Shown piece by piece: positions 56,176 to 64,000 of a stretch of DNA of 64,000 nucleotides (the stretch's first letter is position 1; every line of letters starts with the position of its first letter). A program made the translations under genes and the position numbers. The notes under the pieces are model-generated. The model was not told where the DNA came from. It did not search any database and saw only the letters and a list, made by a program, of their open reading frames with translations. Source of the stretch: Abditibacteriaceae bacterium (GTDB taxonomy: Bacteria; Armatimonadota; Abditibacteriia; Abditibacteriales; Abditibacteriaceae); contig JANPJS010000306.1 of the NCBI GenBank assembly GCA_031425655.1, positions 1-64,000 of the forward strand, given 5' to 3'.

Positions 56176-57371
56176 CGCTCCCTCCACAAGAGAAAAGCGC
56201 CGGCTACCAAGAAAAGGAAATTCGTCAGCCACGCCGCGACGAACGGCATTAATTTTCCGGCCAAACCCAGCGCGCGAAACCAGCCGTCGAAGCCCTGCCA
56301 GAAAAAAGCCAGCGCGAATGCCAACACCAAACCGGCGAACGAGCCGTGTTTGGCAAAGCGCAAGGCCAGAGGCGCGGCCACCAAAGCCATCACGAAGCAG
56401 GCGAAAGCCAAAGCGAAGCGGCGATGATATTCCACGCGCATCTCCTGCAACTTTTGCGGGTCGAAAGCGGCATCCGAAAGGTCTTTGATTTTCGATGAAA
56501 GCTCGCCGCTGTTCATGGAAAACGGGTCTTTGGCGTCGGCCCAGTAAGTCGAAAGCTCGCGGCCCACATAAATCGCGGTTTCCTGAAAAGGCGCTTCTCC
56601 GGTCAGCCTGCCGCCGTCGGCGTAGCTGTGCATCACGCCGTCGCGGAAAACCCAGCGATTAGGCTTTTTTTTGTCTTCCTGCGCGGTTTTAGCGATGATA
56701 ACAGTTGGATAATTCACGCCCGCTTCGCTGCCGAAAATTCCGCTTTCTGCGCGCACGTAAACCATGACATTGTTCAAAACGTGCGTATTTGGATCAACAC
56801 TGCCGACGTAAAAGCAATATTGTCCGGCTCGAAAATACATATCATTCTGGAAGATTTTCTCCGGCGCCCGCGACATCATCGTATAAAGGGTTTTCTTGGC
56901 GAGATCGTTGGTAATCGGCGCCACTTTTTCGACGACGACCCAATCGAGCAAGCTGGCAATTAACGCCATGAAAAGAAATGGCGTCAGCACGCGCGGCAGC
57001 GACGCGCCGGCCACGCGCAAGGCCGTAATTTCGTTGTCGCGCACGGCGCGGTTCAGCACCAGACAGACCGCTAAAATCACGCCCGCCGGCACGCCTTGAA
57101 CCGCGAAACCGGGCATCGCCAAGAGGAAAAGGCGCAGCACCGGCGCCGCGCTCATGCCTTGATTTACGATGGAATAAATGGCCCAATAAACGAAATTTCC
57201 GGCCAGCGCCAGCATCAGCGCGAGGACCCCGATGCTCATCGGCAAAAGCATTTCGCGGGCATAGGAATAATCCCAGATGACGGGCCGAAAGCGGCGCTTG
57301 CCACGAGATTTCGGTGGTGCGACGGCGACGGAAACCGGCGTGGGAGGTGGGGACGAAGCGATAAAAGACAT
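56172..57371 (-). CDS. LptF/LptG family permease
   Basis: 'Y..REM..P', 'DNEITALR.AG.SL', 'P..M...EL', 'AL.FAC....L...PL', 'P..AAW..N'. Confidence 0.9.
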   Translation of the reverse strand: MSFIASSPPPTPVSVAVAPPKSRGKRRFRPVIWDYSYAREMLLPMSIGVLALMLALAGNFVYWAIYSIVNQGMSAAPVLRLFLLAMPGFAVQGVPAGVILAVCLVLNRAVRDNEITALRVAGASLPRVLTPFLFMALIASLLDWVVVEKVAPITNDLAKKTLYTMMSRAPEKIFQNDMYFRAGQYCFYVGSVDPNTHVLNNVMVYVRAESGIFGSEAGVNYPTVIIAKTAQEDKKKPNRWVFRDGVMHSYADGGRLTGEAPFQETAIYVGRELSTYWADAKDPFSMNSGELSSKIKDLSDAAFDPQKLQEMRVEYHRRFALAFACFVMALVAAPLALRFAKHGSFAGLVLAFALAFFWQGFDGWFRALGLAGKLMPFVAAWLTNFLFLVAGAFLLWRER

Positions 57372-57437
57372 GAAGGCCGGACGAGAACGTCGCGCAGAAA
57401 ATTATAGCACGATGGCGGCTTTTATTCGGTTTAAGGC

Positions 57438-57662
57438 CAGGGAAATCGCATTAGAAAATTGGGAGGCCAAAGAGAGTGTCATTCCGAGCGGGCGCCCTCT
57501 GGGCAGGGTTTGCGAGTGGAGCGAGCTAACGGAGTCGAGGAATCTTTAAGGAGAGTGCCTTACAGCAAGATTCCTCGACTGCGTTTTGCTCGTTCCACTC
57601 GCAAACTTCGCTCGGAATGACACTCCTCTTTGGCTCTTGAAAATCCTAACGCGTTTGCCCTA
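57438..57662. mobile_element. MITE with CAGGG-type TIR and a gtcattccgagc core
   Basis: cagggaaatcgcattagaa ... atcctaacgcgtttgcccta; inner IR gtcattccgagc / gctcggaatgac. Confidence 0.65.
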
Positions 57663-57822
57663 CTTCGGAGCGAGCGTCTGCGCGGTGCGCGCCATGTAGT
57701 CCTCGAACTCTTCGCGGTCGGCAAATGTCCACAATGGCAAATCCCAGCGCCCTTTCGTCAAAGTGTCGGGCACTGAATTTTCGGCAAAAGCGAAAATTTG
57801 CGAAGTGTGTTCACGCCGTCAT

Positions 57823-57882
57823 TTGTAGGGACATGGCTTGCCGTGTTCAACGCAGCGGACAAGACAAACCATGTCCCTACAA
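57823..57882. repeat. GTAG-type REP-like palindrome
   Basis: ttgtagggacatgg ... ccatgtccctacaa. Confidence 0.7.
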
Positions 57883-57888
57883 CAGCGA

Positions 57889-59232
57889 TCACGCATCCAA
57901 CTTGTTCAGCACGAATTTCTCGACTTGATCCAGAGAAACTCGCTCTTGCAGCATGGTGTCGCGGTCGCGCACGGTCACGGCGTTGTCTTTTTCGATGGTC
58001 TCGAAGTCCACCGTGATGCAAAACGGCGTGCCGATTTCGTCTTGACGCCGATAAAGCTTGCCGATGGCGCCCGTGTCGTCGTATTGCGCCATCATCTTTT
58101 TGGCGAGTTGCGCTTTCAGTTTCTTAGCCACTTCGACAATCGGCGGTTTGTTTTTAGCCAGCGGCAAAACCGCGACTTTAATCGGCGCCAACTTCGGATG
58201 AAATTTCAAAACCGTGCGCATATCGCCCGGCTTGACTTCTTCTTCGTGATAAGCGTCCACCAAAAACGCCAGAGTGGCGCGGTCGGCGCCCGCCGACGGC
58301 TCGATGACGTAAGGAACAACGTGTTCATTGGTCGTCGGGTCGAAGTAGGTGATGCGCTGACCGGAGAATTTCGCGTGCTGCGTCAAGTCGAAATCGGCGC
58401 GGTTGGCGATGCCTTCGAGTTCGCTCGGCGCTTCCATGAAGGGAAATTGATATTCGATGTCGGTCGTGCCGGTTGAGGCTTCGCTTTGCGCGTAGTGCGC
58501 CAATTCGTCTTTTTCGTGTGGGCGCAGCGACAAATTTTCCGGCTTCAATCCGAGCGATAAATACCAATCGTAGCGCGCCTGAATCCATTCCTGATGCACA
58601 CGCGGCGCGTCTTCGGGCCGGCAAAAGTATTCGATTTCCATCTGCTCGAATTCGCGCGTGCGAAACGTAAAGTTGCCGGGCGTAATTTCGTTGCGAAACG
58701 CTTTGCCAATCTGCGCGATGCCAAACGGCAATTTTTTGCGACTCGTCGTCTGCACGTTGAGAAAGTTAACGAAGATGCCCTGCGCCGTTTCGGGCCGAAG
58801 ATAGGCGATGTTCGAGCCGTCTTCTTTGTCCACCGGCCCAACGCTGGTTTTGAACATCAAATTGAACTGGCGCGCTTCGGTAAACGAATTTTTGGCGCCG
58901 CAAGTCGGGCAGGGCGCGCTCACGTCAACGTGATCGGCGCGAAATCGGCCTTTGCATTCTTTGCAGTCCACCAGCGGATCGTTGAACGTAGCGACGTGGC
59001 CGGATGCTTCCCAAATGCGCGGATGCATCAAAATTGCGGCGTCAAGGCCAACCATGTCGTCGCGCTCGCGCACCACGCTTTGCCACCACGCATCCTTGAC
59101 GTTGCGCTTCAGTTCCACGCCGAGCGGGCCGTAATCCCACGTCGAAGCGAAGCCGCCATAAATTTCCGATGATTGAAATACGAAACCGCGCCGCTTGCAC
59201 AGCGACACAATATCTTCCATTTTTAAAGCCAC
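57889..59232 (-). CDS. glyQS: Glycine--tRNA ligase, dimeric (alpha2) type
   Basis: 'L.KRRGF...SSEIYGG', '[11 protein letters not shown]', '[20 protein letters not shown]', 'VIEPS.G', anticodon-binding domain. Confidence 0.97.
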   Translation of the reverse strand: MALKMEDIVSLCKRRGFVFQSSEIYGGFASTWDYGPLGVELKRNVKDAWWQSVVRERDDMVGLDAAILMHPRIWEASGHVATFNDPLVDCKECKGRFRADHVDVSAPCPTCGAKNSFTEARQFNLMFKTSVGPVDKEDGSNIAYLRPETAQGIFVNFLNVQTTSRKKLPFGIAQIGKAFRNEITPGNFTFRTREFEQMEIEYFCRPEDAPRVHQEWIQARYDWYLSLGLKPENLSLRPHEKDELAHYAQSEASTGTTDIEYQFPFMEAPSELEGIANRADFDLTQHAKFSGQRITYFDPTTNEHVVPYVIEPSAGADRATLAFLVDAYHEEEVKPGDMRTVLKFHPKLAPIKVAVLPLAKNKPPIVEVAKKLKAQLAKKMMAQYDDTGAIGKLYRRQDEIGTPFCITVDFETIEKDNAVTVRDRDTMLQERVSLDQVEKFVLNKLDA

Positions 59233-59376
59233 TTGCGATTACTCCTGTTTGTTTTCAGATTCGCCTCAGTGTAACGAAAGCCAGTGTGCGAAAGGATTTT
59301 AATTCTCGGAGACCCTTCGATATTAACTTGTCACAATCCATAAAATAATATCAGGTTGATTATGACTCTCAAGCAC

Positions 59377-59408
59377 AAACGGCGCTGAGCAATTGCTCAG
59401 CGCCGTTT
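59377..59408. terminator. Hairpin terminator after xylA
   Basis: aaacggcgctgagca / tgctcagcgccgttt. Confidence 0.75.
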
Positions 59409-59423
59409 ATTTTTACGAGATTT

Positions 59424-60584
59424 TTAGCGCACGCCGAGCAGCAGTTCGACGACGAGTTGGTCGAGCTTTTCGTAGGGCAGGGAACGATTGGTCAGCGCGT
59501 CCACGTTGAACTTGGTAGCTTTCAGCTTTTGCGCGATTTCAAGCGAATAGCCGCCCGCGAAAGCCGCATCGCCGCCGTTGTTGAGTTGCTGCACGATGGC
59601 TTGGATTTCCGCGTCCTGATTGAAGCGCGCGGCTTTTTCCTTGAGGATGAGATAGGTTCTCATGCAGCCTTTGGCGAACTCGTAAACGTCCTCGGCATCC
59701 GACGTGCGGAGCGCGTGCGCATCGAAGTGGCGCGAGCCGCTATATCCGTTGTCTTCGAGCAACTTCACGAGGAAGAAGTTAGTTTTCTGGTCTTCCTGAC
59801 CAAAGCGCAAATCCTGATCGAAGCGGCCCGGCTTCTGGCCGTTGAGGTCAACGTGGAACAGTTTGCCGGCGTCCATCGCCTGCGCGACGTTGTGCATGAA
59901 ATTCAAGCCGGAAATGGTGTCGTGCGCGAATTCCGGGTTGACGCCGACGTTTTCAGGGTGATCCAGCGTTTCGATGAAGGCTAAAGCGTGGCCTGTGGTT
60001 GCCAGATAAATATCGCCGCGCGGCTCGTTGGGTTTGGGTTCGAGCGCGAGTTTGAAATTGTAGCCCTGCGCGTCCTGATAGGCGTTCAGAAAATTCAGCG
60101 CCTCGCGGAACCATTTCAAGGTGTCGAGCGGGTTTTTGGCGGCGTCTACTTCGCTGCCTTCGCGCCCGCCCCAGAAAACGTAGACTTCGGCGCCTAAATC
60201 GGCACCTAAATCCATCGCGCGCATAGTTTTGCGCACGGCGAAATCGCGCACTCTGGGGTCGCTGGAAGTGAAGGCGCCGTCTTTGAAAATCGGCTGCGAA
60301 AACAAGTTGGTCGTGGCCATCGGCACTTTCATGCCGGTTTCTTTCAAAGTCTTTTTGAAAGTTTTGACGATGGCCTTTTTCTCGGCTTCGCTGGAGCCGA
60401 ACGGCACAAGGTCGTCGTCGTGCAAATTGACTCCGTAAGCGCCGATTTCCGACAAGCGGCGCACGCTATCATTTGGGTCAACAGCGGCACGCACGGCCTC
60501 GCCGAAGGGGTCGCGGCCCGGATTGCCGACCGTCCACAGGCCGAACGTAAATTTGTGTTCCGGTTGGGGCTGATAATCGCTCAT
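59424..60584 (-). CDS. xylA: Xylose isomerase, class I
   Basis: '[15 protein letters not shown]', 'VFWGGREG', '[12 protein letters not shown]', 'NPE..H', 'DQDLRFG', 'HFD'. Confidence 0.97.
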   Translation of the reverse strand: MSDYQPQPEHKFTFGLWTVGNPGRDPFGEAVRAAVDPNDSVRRLSEIGAYGVNLHDDDLVPFGSSEAEKKAIVKTFKKTLKETGMKVPMATTNLFSQPIFKDGAFTSSDPRVRDFAVRKTMRAMDLGADLGAEVYVFWGGREGSEVDAAKNPLDTLKWFREALNFLNAYQDAQGYNFKLALEPKPNEPRGDIYLATTGHALAFIETLDHPENVGVNPEFAHDTISGLNFMHNVAQAMDAGKLFHVDLNGQKPGRFDQDLRFGQEDQKTNFFLVKLLEDNGYSGSRHFDAHALRTSDAEDVYEFAKGCMRTYLILKEKAARFNQDAEIQAIVQQLNNGGDAAFAGGYSLEIAQKLKATKFNVDALTNRSLPYEKLDQLVVELLLGVR

Positions 60585-60615
60585 TTTGGGTTCCTTTGGG
60601 TGAAATGACACGCCG

Positions 60616-60646
60616 ATTTTAACCGCTTAGCCGCTGTTGAGTCAAC
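60616..60646 (-). promoter_or_regulatory. Sigma70-like xylA promoter with a palindrome over the -35
   Basis: TTGACT-18-TAAAAT on the minus strand; gttgagtcaac palindrome at 60636-60646. Confidence 0.5.
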
Positions 60647-60676
60647 GGCACGGGAGCGATTTGGACGCCTGTCAAC

Positions 60677-60685
60677 TGTTATAAT
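60677..60685 (+). promoter_or_regulatory. Extended -10 for ricT, probably leaderless
   Basis: TGtTATAAT ending 8 nt before the ATG; no SD visible. Confidence 0.55.
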
Positions 60686-60693
60686 TATTCCTT

Positions 60694-61656
60694 ATGCCCA
60701 TTCTTGCTCCCTGCATTTTCCGCGAACCCGCGAAAACATATTTTCTCGATCCCGGCGACTTAGAAATACTCGCCGGAGACAAAATCGTGGCCGAAACCGC
60801 ACGCGGCCTTGAACTTGGAGTCGTCAAATTCCGCCCGCGTCCGATGGACGACGATAAAGTCGTGCCGCCCATTCGTCGCATTGTGCGCGTGGCCACTGCC
60901 GCCGACTTAGAACGCGACGCTGAAAACCGCACGCTTGAAGCCGAAGCGATGATTTTGGTGCGCGAGTGTATCAAGTTTTACGAACTGAACATGAAGCCGA
61001 TTCGCGCCGACATCATGGTTGACCGCGCGAAAATGTATTTTTATTACGAAAGCGAAGACCGCGTGGATTTTCGTGAATTGCTGCGTGATTTATCGAGCCG
61101 TTTGAATATGCGAATGCACTTTCAGCAAGTCGGGCCGCGCGATGCCGCCAAAGTGCTGGGTGGCTGCGGGCCGTGCGGACAGCCGCTTTGCTGCGCGACG
61201 TTTCTGACCGGGATGCCGCCGGTCACGCTGCGCATGGCCAAAGAGCAAGGCCTGGCTTTGACGCCGCATAAAATATCGGGCGCCTGCGGCAGACTGATGT
61301 GCTGCCTGCGCTACGAAGTGGATTTCTACCGCGACATGAACCAGATTTTGCCCGGCCCGCGTTCGCCGGTTGATACGCCCGAAGGCCCCGGCTACGTCAG
61401 CGAAGTGCGGCATTTGAAAGACGAAGTCGTGGTTTCGCTGGGCGATGGCCGCCGCATTGTCGTTCCCGGCGAAGATTTGCGCTCGCTGCGCGCCGAGCGC
61501 GGCCCGGTTCATGCCTGCAAAAACAGCATCAAAAACGGAGGCTCATGCGGCGGCGCCGAAGGCAAAGGCGGAGGCTGCAAAACGGGCGGCTGCGGCAAAG
61601 ATGGCGGCTGCGGCTGCAATTACAAGAAGAAATCGCCGGCAATGGCGAGCGCATAA
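60694..61656 (+). CDS. ricT: PSP1/RicT (YaaT) family protein
   Basis: 'ET.RGLELG', 'RVDFRELL', 'G.GPCG..LCC..FL', 'MAKEQ.L.L.P.KISG.CGRLMCCLRYE'. Confidence 0.92.
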   Translation: MPILAPCIFREPAKTYFLDPGDLEILAGDKIVAETARGLELGVVKFRPRPMDDDKVVPPIRRIVRVATAADLERDAENRTLEAEAMILVRECIKFYELNMKPIRADIMVDRAKMYFYYESEDRVDFRELLRDLSSRLNMRMHFQQVGPRDAAKVLGGCGPCGQPLCCATFLTGMPPVTLRMAKEQGLALTPHKISGACGRLMCCLRYEVDFYRDMNQILPGPRSPVDTPEGPGYVSEVRHLKDEVVVSLGDGRRIVVPGEDLRSLRAERGPVHACKNSIKNGGSCGGAEGKGGGCKTGGCGKDGGCGCNYKKKSPAMASA

Positions 61657-61662
61657 AGGTAA

Positions 61663-61828
61663 TAATCCAAGTTGCTACCCATCAAGCCTGGCGAATAAAT
61701 TCGCGGCAACCAAGCGGCAAAGTCGCCCTGCGGCGACTAAAATCTTTGTTTTTAGTCCGCGAAGGCGGACTTCGCTGCGTTGTTGCCCGCGATTTCAATC
61801 GCCGGGACATTGGTGGCAACTTGGCTTA
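61663..61828. mobile_element. MITE-like element with a REP core related to 8785-8925
   Basis: TIR taatccaagttgctacc / ggtggcaacttggctta; core ggcgaataaattcgcggcaa... Confidence 0.65.
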
Positions 61829-61830
61829 AT

Positions 61831-61862
61831 AAGAAAGGCGGGGCGCAAGCCCCGCCTTTCTT
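61831..61862. terminator. Bidirectional terminator
   Basis: aagaaaggcggggc-gcaa-gccccgcctttctt. Confidence 0.8.
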
Positions 61863-62040
61863 GTGTATCGTAGCTTCACGGCGACGGCACGTTCAAAAAT
61901 TTGCCAAGCACCTCGGCATAACGAGTTGCATCGTCCTTATTGTTTGAGACGAGGTAGCTCGTCAGATATTCACCACCGTTCAAAACGAAATCAGTTTTAT
62001 AATGAGCGCGTCTCGTATTATCCGTCCCCCTGATTCGTTT

Positions 62041-62367
62041 TCAGCTTTGAATTGTCTGTTTCCAACCGCAGACGAGTTCTCGAAGTTGTAGGACTTGCTC
62101 CATTTCATGCCGCAGAACGCGCAAGCGTTCATAAGGCGGGGCGCGGCGGTCGGACTGCCGCCGGTCGCTGCCGCCCTCGCGCTTGCCGCGCCGGTCGAAG
62201 CCGCTGCGCCGCGTTTCCTGCGCGCGACGATCCGCGCAGGGCAGCAAAAAATCGAGAAAGGTGCCGATAGCCGAATCAAGCTCCTTCTGACGAAGCGACA
62301 AAGCCCGCAAAGCGGCCTCAATATCATCCTTCGACTGGAAAAGCACCGTTTTCTGGTTCTCGTTCAT
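62041..62367 (-). CDS. Small protein with repeated DRR motifs
   Basis: MNENQKT...; DRRAQETRRSGFDRR...GSDRRQSDRR flanked by amphipathic helices. Confidence 0.6.
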   Translation of the reverse strand: MNENQKTVLFQSKDDIEAALRALSLRQKELDSAIGTFLDFLLPCADRRAQETRRSGFDRRGKREGGSDRRQSDRRAPPYERLRVLRHEMEQVLQLRELVCGWKQTIQS

Positions 62368-62467
62368 GAGAAAAATGGAAAAGCAAGTTCGATACCCGCA
62401 GTTAACAACCGCGTAATAATTCTGGCAATGCGGGCCGAAATTCACTTTAAAGCCGCGAACAACTTGG

Positions 62468-62694
62468 CAGGGCAAAGGCATGAGAATTTTGTGGAAAGTA
62501 GGAGAGTTGTCATTCCGAGCGAAAAAACGAGCCTCAGCGAGGTTTGGAGTCGAGGAATCTCTAACCAACCGGGCCGCAGAATAGATTCCTCGACTGCGTT
62601 TTGCTCGTTCCTCGTCCTGCCCGCAAGCGGGCGCCCGCTTCGCTCGGAATGACAACTCTCCTACTTTCCACAGAATCCTCATGCCTTTGCCCTG
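62468..62694. mobile_element. MITE with CAGGG-type TIR and a gtcattccgagc core
   Basis: Near-perfect ~55-bp IR starting cagggcaaaggcatgag; flanks aacaacttgg / aacacctcgg (8/10). Confidence 0.75.
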
Positions 62695-62762
62695 AACACC
62701 TCGGAGCGCAAACGGGTTGGCGAGGTGCCTTTTGTTAAACTGGGCGAGTCTTGGAGGTTGAA

Positions 62763-64000
62763 GTGTTACAAGAAGTAGAGCGCCCGTCGCTTGCACCTGA
62801 AGAATTCGAATTTGAAGCCGCACCGCGCAGGCCGCGCCGCAAGCGTAAAACTGGTTGGAAAATGGTTTTGGCGGTGCTTTTGGTCGCGGGCGGCTGGATG
62901 GTTTATAAAAAGACCGGCAACATGGTGCCCACGCTGATCGGTCTGCAACAGCATCCCCACGCGCTTTTCGACAATATCGGCAACGAACGCGCCAATATTT
63001 TGCTAATCGGCGAAGATTACAACTGGACGATCAAGCCGGTTTTCAACGCGCGGACGGGCAAAGCGGCGCCGTATCAAGTGATAGACACCAAAGCGCCGCC
63101 GCGCTCGGATACGATGATCGTTTTTTCGTTTGATAAAACGCGCCGCACTGTGCGCATGTTGTCGCTGCCGCGCGATGCCCGCGTGACTTATACCGATTTG
63201 GAAGGCCAGATTCACGAAAGCAAAAAGTTTAATTCCGTCTATGCAAGTGGCGGCATTGACCCGAAAAAGCGCGAAATTCTGCTGAAAAACGTGCTGCGCG
63301 ATGAGTTCGGCATTCGCATAGATCGCGTTGCGGTGATTAAGCCCAATAGTTTTAAAAAGCTGGTGGACATGGTTGGCGGCGTTTACGTCAACGTGGACGG
63401 CGCCTTAAAACGCGACCGAAGCACTGGAAAAACCTATCGTGGCCCGATTGAATACCGTGATAACTGGGCGAACTGGGAAGTTGATCTGAAACCCGGCGCG
63501 CAGTGGCTAAACGGCGAAAAAGCGCATGGTTACGTGCGTTTTCGCAAGGATTTAGAAGGCGATCCGGGCCGCATCCGGCGCCAGCAGGACGTTATGAAAG
63601 CCATCGCGCGGCGCGTGATGAGCAAGCCGCTTTTGCAGGTGCCGGGCTTGGTGCAGGATGTGCGGCGCCAGTTCCGCACCGATATGGACGACCTTGAATT
63701 GGGTTCTGCGGCGCTTTTTGCCAAAAATCTGGGCAGCGCTGAGAAAATCCAGCCGCTGACGCTGTTTGGCCGCTACGCCGCGAATGGCGACATAGTGTTG
63801 AATAAGGCCAAAAACGAAAAGCTGCTGACCGCGCTTTTTGGTGACAGCTTCGATTCCAGCAACTTTTTAGCGCAGTCGCCGTGGACGCGGCGCGATGATA
63901 TTGGCCCGCACAATAACGCCAGTCCCGGCGCGTTGGAAGTGCTAAAAGAAGCCGGACTTTTGCCCGGCGGCAACCGCGAAGCGGCTTCTGAACCGCGAAC
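62763..64000 (+). CDS. LCP (LytR-CpsA-Psr) family protein, truncated by the window end
   Basis: ggagg SD + GTG; TM; 'NILLIGED', 'RSDTMIV', 'SLPRD', 'YVRFRKD..GD.GRIRRQQ'; absent from the ORF track because there is no stop in the window. Confidence 0.9.
   Translation, partial: MLQEVERPSLAPEEFEFEAAPRRPRRKRKTGWKMVLAVLLVAGGWMVYKKTGNMVPTLIGLQQHPHALFDNIGNERANILLIGEDYNWTIKPVFNARTGKAAPYQVIDTKAPPRSDTMIVFSFDKTRRTVRMLSLPRDARVTYTDLEGQIHESKKFNSVYASGGIDPKKREILLKNVLRDEFGIRIDRVAVIKPNSFKKLVDMVGGVYVNVDGALKRDRSTGKTYRGPIEYRDNWANWEVDLKPGAQWLNGEKAHGYVRFRKDLEGDPGRIRRQQDVMKAIARRVMSKPLLQVPGLVQDVRRQFRTDMDDLELGSAALFAKNLGSAEKIQPLTLFGRYAANGDIVLNKAKNEKLLTALFGDSFDSSNFLAQSPWTRRDDIGPHNNASPGALEVLKEAGLLPGGNREAASEPR

Noticed and set aside
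62041..62043. Selenocysteine or recoded TGA
   Set aside because: No redox motif context or evident SECIS, and many genes here use TGA as a normal stop.

Overview
GC-rich bacterial chromosomal window. The gene mix (LptD/LptF, dimeric GlyRS, RicT, prepilin-like proteins) suggests a diderm Terrabacteria lineage such as Armatimonadota/Abditibacteriota; this is inference only. Housekeeping and metabolic genes include sbtA-sbtB-can, secA, moaC, tRNA-Val(GAC), lptD/lptF-like, glyQS, xylA, ricT and an LCP gene. They are interleaved with signalling genes (REC-zinc ribbon, CHASE2-PAS-GGDEF-EAL, pilin-FecR fusion), large secreted proteins (a 2,300-aa M43 metalloprotease, a heparinase II/III-like lyase, two paralogs sharing an unrecognised ~285-aa domain) and defence/selfish genes (Rpn, type III-like mod/res, DUF4258/DUF2283, Uma2). 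The most unusual locus is secA. It has a signal-peptide uORF in the SecM position, a heptamer tandem repeat/hairpin before its RBS, a 2,257-aa product with three large non-intein insertions, and a 6.3-kb RM island bounded by a synonymously diverged duplicate of its last 77 bp. The second unusual signal is a set of nested non-coding elements in the intergenic spaces: IS-like inverted-repeat shells wrap interchangeable REP-like cores, and six of them carry the same ~18-nt micro-insert (CCTGCCCAGAGGGCGCCC-like). All family assignments come from motif recognition by eye; no searches were run.
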